From: Victivallis vadensis
Lineage (GTDB): Bacteria > Verrucomicrobiota > Kiritimatiellia > UBA8416 > CAMCYG01
Direction: 5' to 3'
NCBI GenBank assembly: GCA_945883775.1
Contig: CAMCYG010000006.1
Coordinates: 1-45,998 of the forward strand
DNA length: 45,998 nt
This document shows, in pieces, positions 27,857 through 36,721 of this stretch. The number at the start of each line of letters is the position of its first letter. The stretch's first letter is position 1. The translations under genes and the position numbers were made by a program. The notes under the pieces are model-generated. The model searched no databases and was not told the DNA's origin. It worked only from the letters and a program-made list of their open reading frames with translations.

Positions 27857-30319
27857 ATGTCGAAAAGATTACTGTTAGTGTCGGTTCTTGCTCTAGTGTG
27901 TTGCGCGGCGTTCATGCCGGTAATGGCCAGCGAAGCAGACCTTGTGCTTCCTGATCTTGGTGCTGTGAGTTTCAGCAGTATAGGCGGTCTCACAGGTACC
28001 AAATTGATGCTGATAGGGATAGGTGTCTGTTTCGTAGGCCTGCTTTTCGCGCTTTTGCAGTATTTCAAAACGGAGAAACTGCCCGTTCATAAATCCATGA
28101 GCGATGTGTCAGCTATTATCTGGGAGACCTGTAAAAGTTATCTGGCTCAGCAGGGCAAGTTCCTTGTGATGTTGTGGTGCCTGATAGCAGTCTGCATGGT
28201 TTACTATTTCGGTTTCCTTACTCCTCCTAAAGGGCAGGAAACAATGCTGACGGTGAAGCATGTGGTAATAATATTAATGTCGTCGATTCTCGGAATCCTT
28301 GGGTCATACGGTGTTGCATGGTTCGGAATGCGTATTAATACATTTGCGAACAGCCGGTCGGCTTTTGCAGCTCTTCGCGGAACACCTTGGGAGGCTTTGG
28401 CTATCCCGATGCGCTCGGGTATGAGCGTCGGTATGCTTCTAATCACGGTCGAGCTTTTCTTCATGATCTGCATCCTTATATTCCTGGCTCCTGAACTGCG
28501 TGGACCCTGCTTTATCGGGTTCGCAATAGGTGAGTCGCTGGGTGCCTCTGCCTTGCGTATCTGCGGTGGAATATTCACAAAGATCGCCGATATAGGATCA
28601 GATCTGATGAAGATAGTGTTCAAGCTGCCGGAAGATGATCCAAAGAATCCTGGTGTCATCGCAGATTGTACTGGTGATAATGCCGGAGACAGCGTAGGTC
28701 CGACAGCTGACGGCTTCGAAACCTACGGCGTAACCGGTGTGGCGCTGATTGTGTTCCTGGCTCTGGTTCTGGGTTCAGGTGTCCTTTGCGCACAGATGAT
28801 CGTATGGATATTTGTCATGCGTATCCTTATGATTGTAGCGGCATTGGTGTCATATCTGGTTAACGACGTTTATTTCACCGGAAAATTAAAGGATGCTAAA
28901 GCATTTGATCCTGAGCATCCTCTGACGGTACTTGTGTGGCTGACCTCTATAGTCTGTATATTGGTGACATATGCTGCAAGTAAGGTTCTGCTAGGTGATG
29001 TTGTGATTAATGGTGTTGCTCAGCCTGATCTGTGGCTGGTGCTTTCGACCATTATTTCATGTGGCACCATAGCCGGTGCTCTTATTCCGGAGTTCACCAA
29101 GGTGTTTACCAGTACTAATGCGAAGCACGTTAAGGAAGTTGTGACCGCCTCCAGACAGGGTGGCGCATCACTTAACATCCTTTCCGGTTTTGTGGCTGGT
29201 AACTTCTCGGCATTCTGGGAGGGTTTAACGATGCTGGGCCTGATGTTGATTTCTGCATTGCTTGCATCTCATCCGGCGGTTGCCAGTCTTATGCCCGCTG
29301 AATATGCTTTTGCGGCTCCGATCTTCGCCTTCGGTCTTGTGGCGTTCGGATTCCTTGGTATGGGTCCTGTCACAATAGCGGTCGACAGCTTCGGTCCCGT
29401 ATCGGACAATGCCCAGTCTGTGTATGAGTTGAGCCGGATAGAAAGCATCCCCAATATCGCGAAAGACATCGAGAAGGACTTCGGGTTTAAACCTGACTTC
29501 GAGAATGCCAAGCTTAATCTTGAGCGTAACGACGGTGCGGGAAATACTTTCAAGGCTACGGCCAAGCCGGTGCTGATAGGTACTGCCGTTGTGGGCGCGA
29601 CAACCATGATTTTCGGTATCATCATCATGCTCGGCAAGGTGAATCCGAATGGTATCGAAGGTGTCATATCCAGTCTGAGTCTTGTCAGGCCGGAGATTGT
29701 TCTTGGTCTGCTTATGGGCGGTGCGGTGATATATTGGTTCACTGGCGCGGCAACGCAGGCTGTGGTGACCGGATCGTACCGTGCTGTCGTCTACATAAAA
29801 GAGAACATGAACCTGAATGCGGCTACGGCCTCTATCAAGGACAGCAAAGAAGTTGTAAGGATCTGCACTGTCTATGCGCAGAAGGGTATGTTCAATATCT
29901 TTGTGGCTGTCTTCTGTTTTGCGCTCTCGCTGGCATTCTTCAATCCGTTCTTCTTTATCGGTTACCTGATCTCTATTGCCTTCTTCGGGCTTTATCAGGC
30001 AATCTTTATGGCAAACGCAGGCGGCGCCTGGGATAATGCCAAGAAGATCGTGGAAGTAGATCTGCGCGCTAAGGGTACCGATCTGCACGCTGCGACAGTC
30101 GTTGGTGATACCGTAGGCGATCCCTTCAAAGATACATCTTCCGTGGCTATGAACCCTATCATCAAGTTCACCACTTTGTTTGGCCTGCTTGCTACAGAAA
30201 TTGCAGTTGCCATGACAGATGTGAGACTGAAGTACATTATAGGTGGTTTGGTCTTCAGTGTTGCGCTTATCTTCGTGTATCGCTCCTTCTACTGCATGCG
30301 TATTCCAGAAGATAAATAA
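27857..30319 (+). CDS. hppA: Membrane-bound ion-translocating pyrophosphatase
   Basis: GGIFTKIADIGSDLMK, EDDPKNPGVIADCTGDNAGD, GNTFKATAK, GGAWDNAKK, GDTVGDPFKDTS; many TM helices. Confidence 0.96.
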   Translation: MSKRLLLVSVLALVCCAAFMPVMASEADLVLPDLGAVSFSSIGGLTGTKLMLIGIGVCFVGLLFALLQYFKTEKLPVHKSMSDVSAIIWETCKSYLAQQGKFLVMLWCLIAVCMVYYFGFLTPPKGQETMLTVKHVVIILMSSILGILGSYGVAWFGMRINTFANSRSAFAALRGTPWEALAIPMRSGMSVGMLLITVELFFMICILIFLAPELRGPCFIGFAIGESLGASALRICGGIFTKIADIGSDLMKIVFKLPEDDPKNPGVIADCTGDNAGDSVGPTADGFETYGVTGVALIVFLALVLGSGVLCAQMIVWIFVMRILMIVAALVSYLVNDVYFTGKLKDAKAFDPEHPLTVLVWLTSIVCILVTYAASKVLLGDVVINGVAQPDLWLVLSTIISCGTIAGALIPEFTKVFTSTNAKHVKEVVTASRQGGASLNILSGFVAGNFSAFWEGLTMLGLMLISALLASHPAVASLMPAEYAFAAPIFAFGLVAFGFLGMGPVTIAVDSFGPVSDNAQSVYELSRIESIPNIAKDIEKDFGFKPDFENAKLNLERNDGAGNTFKATAKPVLIGTAVVGATTMIFGIIIMLGKVNPNGIEGVISSLSLVRPEIVLGLLMGGAVIYWFTGAATQAVVTGSYRAVVYIKENMNLNAATASIKDSKEVVRICTVYAQKGMFNIFVAVFCFALSLAFFNPFFFIGYLISIAFFGLYQAIFMANAGGAWDNAKKIVEVDLRAKGTDLHAATVVGDTVGDPFKDTSSVAMNPIIKFTTLFGLLATEIAVAMTDVRLKYIIGGLVFSVALIFVYRSFYCMRIPEDK

Positions 30320-30338
30320 AACCTATTCGTGATTGTTT

Positions 30339-30378
30339 AAGGCGGCCTGAGACTGGACATCAGGCCGCCTTTCTTTTA
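30339..30378 (+). terminator. Rho-independent terminator after hppA
   Basis: AAGGCGGCCTGA...TCAGGCCGCCTT followed by TCTTTT. Confidence 0.8.
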
Positions 30379-30391
30379 TAACCTGATTCAT

Positions 30392-31162
30392 ATGAAACTG
30401 CGATTTCTCGGAACTGGAACATCGGTTGGAATACCTGTGATCGGCTGTGATTGCAAAGTGTGTACTTCTCCCGACCCAAGGAATGCAAGGACCAGGGCCA
30501 GTGTTCAGATCTCTTCTCAGGATACTTCTATCATAGTCGATACACCCCCTGATTTCAGGTTGCAGGTATTGCATGCCGGGATAAGAAGAGTTGATGCGGT
30601 TCTATTTACGCATTCGCATGCTGACCATATATTCGGATTTGATGATATAAGGCGTTTTAACACCATCCAGGATGCGATGATTCCTGCATACGCGCCGCAA
30701 GGTACAATTGATGACCTGAAGCGTATTTTTGATTATGTAAGCGCAGAAAAGGGTGACGGAGGCTACCGGCCGTTAACAGAGTTCAGGCTGATCGCTGGTG
30801 ATTTCCGCGTGGGAGATATAGAGGTGGCAGCGGTTCCTGTCGTGCATGACCAGAAGCCATGTCATGGCTTCATATTCAGGCATCGCGGGGTGTCTGTAGG
30901 TTATGCCCCAGATTGCGGGACGATGCCCGAGGCGTCCCTGCAAAGGTTTAAAGGCGTCGATGTCATGGTCCTGGACGCCTTGCGCTACAGGCCGCACCGG
31001 ACGCATATGACTGTAGAGCAAAGTGTTCAGGTTCTGGGCCTTATTGGTGCAACCCGTTCATATCTCACTCACATGTGTCATGAGGTAGAACACGGCGAAC
31101 TGCAGTTGAGTTTGGGCAGGGATATGTTTGTGGCATATGATGGACTAGTTCTGGAGGTATGA
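30392..31162 (+). CDS. MBL-fold metallohydrolase (PhnP-like)
   Basis: FLGTGTSVGIPVIGCDCKVC, DTPPDFRLQ, THSHADHIFGFDD, THMCH. Confidence 0.93.
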   Translation: MKLRFLGTGTSVGIPVIGCDCKVCTSPDPRNARTRASVQISSQDTSIIVDTPPDFRLQVLHAGIRRVDAVLFTHSHADHIFGFDDIRRFNTIQDAMIPAYAPQGTIDDLKRIFDYVSAEKGDGGYRPLTEFRLIAGDFRVGDIEVAAVPVVHDQKPCHGFIFRHRGVSVGYAPDCGTMPEASLQRFKGVDVMVLDALRYRPHRTHMTVEQSVQVLGLIGATRSYLTHMCHEVEHGELQLSLGRDMFVAYDGLVLEV

Positions 31163-31980
31163 TGCTTTTTGATTCGCACGCTCACCTTGCCTCGTTTCCT
31201 GACGACAAGCTTGATGGTATTGTAAAGAATGCCATCTCTGCCGGTGTTAGTGATGTTATGTGCACGGGCCATGAGCAGATCATGAATGAGCGAACTATTG
31301 AGATATGCGCTAGATACCACAAAATGCTTCACTGTGCTTTGGGCTATGACCGAGATTGCGCTAAGGCCTATGCAGGAGTTAGTCGTCTGGAAATTGTGCG
31401 TGCTATGGAGGGATTGATTGCTGGCATGCTGCAACAGGCCGCTCAGAAGCATGTTAGAGTGGCGGCTATCGGAGAGATAGGCCTTGATTATCACTATTCT
31501 CCGGAAACCGCTGAACCGCAGAAGATCCTGTTTCAATTGCAGGTCGAGTCGGCTGTGGGCTTGGGGCTGCCCGTTATAGTTCACTGCAGAGATGCTGAGC
31601 AGGATACGTTGGAGATATTATCTGCAGTGTCTGGAGGGGGTGGGGGGCGTGTGTCTTGCGGTGTGATCCACTGTTTTACCGGCTCGGCTGAATTTGCGTC
31701 GAAAGTTCTGAATATGGGATTCTATATCGGGATCAGCGGCATAGTCACTTTCAGAAATGCGGAGAACGTTCGTGAAATCGCCAAGTACGTTCCGGAAGAC
31801 AGGCTTCTAATCGAGACTGACTCGCCATACCTATCCCCGATGCCGGACCGTGGCAGAGTTAACGAACCGGCCCGTTTGGAAAGTGTCGCGCGCAAGGTGG
31901 CGGAGATAAGGGGCATAGCGTATGAAAAGGTGGCAGAGATGACGCGTGCCAATGCAATCAGGCTTTTCAACTGCATGTAG
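31159..31980 (+). CDS. tatD: TatD-family hydrolase
   Basis: DSHAHL, IGEIGLDY, VHCRDA, IHCFTG, LIETDSPYL. Confidence 0.95.
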   Translation: MMLFDSHAHLASFPDDKLDGIVKNAISAGVSDVMCTGHEQIMNERTIEICARYHKMLHCALGYDRDCAKAYAGVSRLEIVRAMEGLIAGMLQQAAQKHVRVAAIGEIGLDYHYSPETAEPQKILFQLQVESAVGLGLPVIVHCRDAEQDTLEILSAVSGGGGGRVSCGVIHCFTGSAEFASKVLNMGFYIGISGIVTFRNAENVREIAKYVPEDRLLIETDSPYLSPMPDRGRVNEPARLESVARKVAEIRGIAYEKVAEMTRANAIRLFNCM

Positions 31981-31986
31981 ATTCCC

Positions 31987-32206
31987 GTAGGGGCGGCGTT
32001 GAATTCCTGAACGACGATTCTTTTCAATCGCCGCAAAGGGTTGCGGCTCCTACAAAACAAAAACCAAACACGTTTCTATTCTGCTCTTCTGTAGGAGTCG
32101 ATCCCCTGATCGACGATTCTGCGCAGAAAAACAAAAAGTTTGCGAATAGTCGTGTAGTTTTTCCAAGCCAGACCAAATATCGGGCGCCGGCAAGCAGCGC
32201 CCCTTC
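31987..32206. repeat. Cluster of GTAG-type REP-like palindromes between convergent genes
   Basis: GTAGGGGCGG (31987); AATCGCCGCAAAGGGTTGCGGCTCCTAC (32026-32053); GTAGGAGTCGATCCCCTGATCGACGATT (32091); GGGCGCCGGCAAGCAGCGCCCCT (32182). Confidence 0.7.
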
Positions 32207-32271
32207 TAAGGGAAATCTTCCAAAAAGCAATTCCGTATAAGGTTCAGATCAATACAATGAATTCCTGACGG

Positions 32272-32595
32272 CTAATAGCCGAGAGTCGTAATTAGTTGAG
32301 CGAGTGAGACTCCTCGGATCTGCACTGACTTTCTTCGTGATGATAAACCTGCAGTAATGGTTATGCTCTGCTTCTTTACATACAAAGCGTCCGCTAGAAT
32401 ATCTATGATGGCGCTATTGGCTTTGCCGTGTTCCGGTGGGGCTGTTACTGCTATCTTTATGGTGTTACCATAAATTCCTTTGATCTGGTTTCTAGATGCA
32501 GCCGGTGCCACGGTAATGTTGAGGCATACTGACCCATTAGTTTCCTGTGCATAAGGTGCGGCCGACTGGTTCGCCGTTATGACTCGTGCGCTCAT
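32272..32595 (-). CDS. yggU: DUF167/YggU family protein
   Basis: ITVAPAASRN, KIAVTAPPEHGKAN, GLSSRRKSV; ATG 32595 overlaps the yggT stop. Confidence 0.9.
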   Translation of the reverse strand: MSARVITANQSAAPYAQETNGSVCLNITVAPAASRNQIKGIYGNTIKIAVTAPPEHGKANSAIIDILADALYVKKQSITITAGLSSRRKSVQIRGVSLAQLITTLGY

Positions 32596-33485
32596 AGGGC
32601 TTGAATACTGGTGGACAGGATTCTCATCAGGAAGTCGTACAGATAGCCCAGGACCATGAGGAAAATTATTGGCGTGATGTCCATCATTCCGATCATGATG
32701 GGGTAACGTCTCATAGGTCCCATGAGCATATCGATAAATTCTCGTGAAATAGCGCTCAGTTCTCCTCTGGCCGTCATCATGCCGATCCACGAAGCAATTA
32801 TCAGCACTATCAGTGATGTGGTTATGAGATTGATGATTCCTATGAATCCAGCTAGCGACACAAGCGCCAGTTTCGTAAACAGCATCGCCAGCGGTTCAGC
32901 TTCCCATCCCAAGGTTACATTTAATACGGCGCCATGGATGTCTGCAGGGAGGCCGGTCAAATCAATAAGCGCCGTTAGCAAACAGCCGAAAAGAATTAGG
33001 AATATTGGCTGAATGCTCAGAGGAAGGCTCGAAACTGGCTGGGACACCGCCTGCAGAGCATTGGATGCGCGATTAGAGAAGGACCTGTTGAGCGTATAAA
33101 TCATGGAAAGTGCCCAGAGGTAGAATAGTGTTATACCAAGCGAAATTGCGCTCGCTATGGCACAGTTAGTCAGGTCGCTTATATCTGCAACTCTGCTGAT
33201 GCCAAATGTTAATGGGAGAAGCGTTGAGTTTGATGGCAACGAGCTCAACAGTAAGCACTTAAGTACAAATAAGAATAGGATTACTATTACAGATTTGGCG
33301 ATATCAGGAAGTCTCCCGATTACTGGATCCAGAAATTCTAAGGCTTTGTCCGAAGGCGACATTGCCATGTATACGTAAGGGTTAAAGAAGCTGTCTCTGT
33401 TGGCTCTTGCCCACAGCCTGATCCAGAAGGCAATTAGGATCAAATTGAATAGAAGGTCGATGTTTTTGATGTTCATTCGGTGCAT
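32592..33485 (-). CDS. yggT: YggT-family membrane protein (extended)
   Basis: Multi-TM; LIIASWI...PMRRYPIMIGMMDITPII; adjacent to yggU. Confidence 0.8.
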   Translation of the reverse strand: MHRMNIKNIDLLFNLILIAFWIRLWARANRDSFFNPYVYMAMSPSDKALEFLDPVIGRLPDIAKSVIVILFLFVLKCLLLSSLPSNSTLLPLTFGISRVADISDLTNCAIASAISLGITLFYLWALSMIYTLNRSFSNRASNALQAVSQPVSSLPLSIQPIFLILFGCLLTALIDLTGLPADIHGAVLNVTLGWEAEPLAMLFTKLALVSLAGFIGIINLITTSLIVLIIASWIGMMTARGELSAISREFIDMLMGPMRRYPIMIGMMDITPIIFLMVLGYLYDFLMRILSTSIQAL

Positions 33486-33537
33486 TGATATGCATTCGTA
33501 TGTCTCCAGTCAAGCCTGGATTCGGGTAAGTGCAGAT

Positions 33538-33566
33538 TTGACATTCAGCCCCGGGATGATTACATT
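33538..33566 (+). promoter_or_regulatory. Sigma70-type promoter for the small basic protein gene
   Basis: TTGACA-17 nt-TACATT, followed by AAGGAG RBS and ATG 33596. Confidence 0.7.
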
Positions 33567-33595
33567 ACTCACGTTTTAACAAAGGAGTAATAACT

Positions 33596-33745
33596 ATGAG
33601 TCAGCATTCAAGCTTGAAATCGTCGAGTAAGATTACAGCAAAGAGAAACGTGTTGAAGAGGTTTGAGAGGGTGAACATACTCAAGGCCAAAGACAAGTGG
33701 AAGGATGGCGACAGGGGTATGGGACTTCCTAAGACGAAAGAGTAG
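33596..33745 (+). CDS. PVC-superphylum small basic signature protein (49 aa, absent from the ORF track)
   Basis: MSQHSSLKSSSKITAKRNVLKRFERVNILKAKDKWKDGDRGMGLPKTKE with the RNVLKR.ER...W......GLPK pattern; strong RBS. Confidence 0.92.
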   Translation: MSQHSSLKSSSKITAKRNVLKRFERVNILKAKDKWKDGDRGMGLPKTKE

Positions 33746-33769
33746 TCTGGCGGTGTCAGCCGGTTTATT

Positions 33770-34702
33770 ATGTATTATCTGGCCATATTGATGCAATTGC
33801 TGGTAACTCAGGACATTTCCTCGGTTACGCAGCAAGTAACTGTGAGCGGAGATTCGGTTTGTCTAAGGGCAGGGCCGAGTGAAGACAAAGAGGTCGTGTT
33901 CCAGGTAAATAAGGGTCAGGTTTTGCAGGCATTCCATACCGATGGCGATTGGATGGAGATTCTTCCGCCAGAGGAATGCAATGTCTGGATTCACAAGGAA
34001 TTGGTCAATGAATCGGTTGTTATAGCATCGAAGGCACGTATAAGAGCTGGGCCCGGCATTAATTTTACATATATTGGTAGAGTAGATAAAGGTACTCAAC
34101 TTAACATCAGAGACACCAAGGGCGAATGGTTAAAGATTGCTCCTCCGAAGGGTTGCAGCCTTTGGATAAGTTCTCTCTATGCTGAGCCTGTTAAGCATGA
34201 CCAGAGCAGTGATGCTGAAGCTGAATTGATGACAGGGCTCAATGCTAAACCAGTCGTGTCGAACTCCGTTGTCAGTGCGGCGAAGGACGAAGCACTGACT
34301 GATTATGCCAAGCCGCCGATGCCTTTGCCTCTAGATGCTTCCATCCACGACGATGGCCAAAGACCTGTGAGTGTGATTCAGCCATTAGTCAGGAAGTCTG
34401 ATATCCCTGTTCCTGCAGGTTTGCCTCCAGATAGCCTTGACCCTTCCAAGGAACAAGCCGCGAACATCCAGTACTCAGGCTTCTTGAGGAAGGCTGGTAT
34501 ATTCTCCAGCAAGCTGACGAAATACAGGATAATTAAATTAGACATTGATGGCAGGCCCTCAACTCTTTGTTACGTTCTTGGTAACATGGATCAACTATCG
34601 ACTGTGATTGGGCGTAATATGACTATTGCGGGGCCGCAATATTGGCTGAAATCTAAGAATTATCCGATTGTCATACCTGAGACTATCACGCTAGGCCAAT
34701 AG
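33770..34702 (+). CDS. Tandem bacterial SH3-domain protein
   Basis: Two repeats: VCLRAGPS...GDWMEILPP...VWIH and ARIRAGPG...GEWLKIAPP...LWIS. Confidence 0.85.
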   Translation: MYYLAILMQLLVTQDISSVTQQVTVSGDSVCLRAGPSEDKEVVFQVNKGQVLQAFHTDGDWMEILPPEECNVWIHKELVNESVVIASKARIRAGPGINFTYIGRVDKGTQLNIRDTKGEWLKIAPPKGCSLWISSLYAEPVKHDQSSDAEAELMTGLNAKPVVSNSVVSAAKDEALTDYAKPPMPLPLDASIHDDGQRPVSVIQPLVRKSDIPVPAGLPPDSLDPSKEQAANIQYSGFLRKAGIFSSKLTKYRIIKLDIDGRPSTLCYVLGNMDQLSTVIGRNMTIAGPQYWLKSKNYPIVIPETITLGQ

Positions 34703-34736
34703 CAGGTCGCGCTTCTTAAGACGCAGGTTTCTTAAC

Positions 34737-34882
34737 GTAGGGCCAGAGGGCCGAGCCGGAGCCCCGGCTTGCCTACCCCGGCACAACCAAATGAAGACGG
34801 CTCGCCAACATGTCTCGCCGGAGCCTCTTGGCATAGGCGAAAGGCCTCTTCCTACCTGAATTCCGGAAAGGTAGGGAGGGTT
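34737..34882. repeat. GTAG/CTAC REP-like palindromes
   Basis: GTAGGGCC...GCCTACC (34737-34777) and CCTCTTCCTACC...GGTAGGGAGGG (34845-34880). Confidence 0.55.
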
Positions 34883-34919
34883 CTCGTCACTTTCAGTGGA
34901 ATGTCAGTTCTGGATGCCG

Positions 34920-34989
34920 CCCGCCTGCAACGCTATGCGTAGCACCTGCCCGAAATGCTGCATATCGCTGCAGGCGGGTTGCGGGCAGG
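34920..34989. mobile_element. 36-bp hairpin mini-element with a 34-bp relative nested in the opposite orientation
   Basis: CCCGCCTGCAACGCTATGCGTAGCA[34945-34978]TTGCGGGCAGG; the inner piece reverse-complements to CCCGCCTGCAGCGATATGCAGCATTTCGGGCAGG. Confidence 0.85.
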
Positions 34990-35008
34990 TCCCCGCTAAG
35001 AGAGAGGG

Positions 35009-35316
35009 GAGTTTTGACAGAATGTACAAAATGTTCAAAATGGAGGAGGAACTGCAGGCACAAACGTTCTGTATTTCTTCTTGAATTCAAGCTTTAGCGC
35101 ACCGAAGTTCAAAGATCAAAGCGTTTTGATACACGGATTCGAGGAATCCTGGTCCAAGAGCAGTATGCACCTTCAGTGCCAATCCAATTACCCTGCCAGC
35201 CAGATCATACTTCTTATCGCAAGACTCCATACTCACTCATTTCTCTGAATTTTGTCCTCTGGATCCATAGGATCCAACGGATCCGAGGATACATTCTGTT
35301 AATTCTGTCAAAACTC
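35009..35316. mobile_element. Mini-cassette with 15-bp perfect terminal inverted repeats and 9-mer arrays around a GxxExxY remnant
   Basis: GAGTTTTGACAGAAT (35009-35023) / ATTCTGTCAAAACTC (35302-35316); gacagaatg tacaaaatg ttcaaaatg and cattctgtt aattctgtc. Confidence 0.75.
35035..35230 (-). pseudogene. GxxExxY protein, internally deleted
   Basis: [42 protein letters not shown] is joined out of frame to the family C-terminus [13 protein letters not shown]; the middle is missing. Confidence 0.85.
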
Positions 35317-35358
35317 TTCGATTCTATTCCACTGAAAACAGCAAAGAACCTCCTTTCC

Positions 35359-35417
35359 GCCGGCGCATGACACATGCGCCGCTACAGTTTGCTCAATTTC
35401 AGCATCTCGCATTGTAA
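35359..35417. repeat. REP-like CGGCGCATGACACATGCGCCGCTACA plus shared tail
   Basis: 26-mer identical at 35361, 39602 and (rc) 45763; tail TTTGCTCAATTTCAGCAT matches the rc of about 45595-45612. Confidence 0.88.
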
Positions 35418-35528
35418 TTGATAGGTATGGGTCATAACCCTTCTTGAGCGAAGAATGTTGAGCCGCACCCAAATCGCAGTCCCGTCTGTGTAAAATATTA
35501 GCATTGTGAAGATTGCAACCGCTGTGAT

Positions 35529-36296
35529 ATGCTATCAAATAACGATATGAATATTTTTCCCGTTAAAGTTGATGTATTAGACAAGAATTTTGATGTGTTC
35601 TCGAGGATTGTGCGGGGTATCACTCACGACTACAACAACCTGCTTACACCGATCCTGGCGTATCCTGAGATTATTAAAATGGACATAAAAGAGGGAACCA
35701 ACGGTTTAAGTCTGATGTCATCAATAGAAACAGCCGCCCAAGAGCTCCTGAACATAAATCGACAGCTTATGTATATAATTTCCTCAGAATCCAGCGACAC
35801 CATTGACACAGATGTTTACGATTTGATGGATTCGCTAAAGCGTTCAATCGATGGGGTCGCCGATTTCGAAGGGATAAAGTTGGATATCACATGCAAAAAG
35901 GGCATGGTAATCCAGTGCCAGTATAATGATATCCTCACCGCATTGCAAAAAGTGGTGCATAATGCATGGGATGCGGTGGATAATAAGGGTTCGGTAAAGA
36001 TCGTCGCAGAGAAGACCAAGCTTCCGACACAGGATGGCCACGCGCAATCGGGACGAGATGGTAAGCCTTACGTGTGCATTTCGATAATAGATAGAGGTGT
36101 TGGTATTGATACGCGACATATGAATTGCATTTTCGAGCCGTTCTTTACGACGAAAAAGTCGCCGTCAAAACGTACAGTTGGTTTGGGCTTGACCCTTGCC
36201 TATAGGTTGATTATTAACAGTGGCGGACTTGTTGGTGTTGAGAGTGTAGCGGGGCAGGGTGTGACAATGCGTATATATCTTCCGGCAGTAGGCTGA
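35529..36296 (+). CDS. Cytoplasmic histidine kinase (HisKA + HATPase only)
   Basis: GITHDYNNLL (H box), VHNAWDA, DRGVGI, IFEPFFTTK, GLGL; no sensor or TM. Confidence 0.9.
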   Translation: MLSNNDMNIFPVKVDVLDKNFDVFSRIVRGITHDYNNLLTPILAYPEIIKMDIKEGTNGLSLMSSIETAAQELLNINRQLMYIISSESSDTIDTDVYDLMDSLKRSIDGVADFEGIKLDITCKKGMVIQCQYNDILTALQKVVHNAWDAVDNKGSVKIVAEKTKLPTQDGHAQSGRDGKPYVCISIIDRGVGIDTRHMNCIFEPFFTTKKSPSKRTVGLGLTLAYRLIINSGGLVGVESVAGQGVTMRIYLPAVG

Positions 36297-36318
36297 TACT
36301 ACGTAAGAAGAGAATATT

Positions 36319-36711
36319 ATGAAACAGGTGGATAAGAATAAAGTTCTGGTGGTGGATGATGAAAGCATGATTGTCCGGCTTTTTCAGATGATTTTATCTG
36401 CTTCCATGCCTGGGATTGTGATTGATACTGCGGCTAATGGTCTTGAAGCCCTTGATAAGTTCCGGTTGAACCATTATGCGGTTATCCTTATGGATTTACA
36501 TATGCCGGTTATGGACGGGCAAAGGGCATTCAATGAGATCGATAAATACTGTCAACAAAATGACTGGGAGATGCCGTCAATAATATTCTGCACGGGATTT
36601 GTGGCATCGGATACCCTTAAATCAATTGTTGGCACGAGTACCAAGCATAGTCTTTTTACCAAGCCTGTACGGGGTGATACCCTTGTGGAGGCAGTTAAAG
36701 CAAGATTGTAG
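36319..36711 (+). CDS. Single-domain response regulator
   Basis: VLVVDDE, ILMDLHMPVMDG, FCTG, TKPV. Confidence 0.93.
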   Translation: MKQVDKNKVLVVDDESMIVRLFQMILSASMPGIVIDTAANGLEALDKFRLNHYAVILMDLHMPVMDGQRAFNEIDKYCQQNDWEMPSIIFCTGFVASDTLKSIVGTSTKHSLFTKPVRGDTLVEAVKARL

Positions 36712-36721
36712 CTCATCTGTG

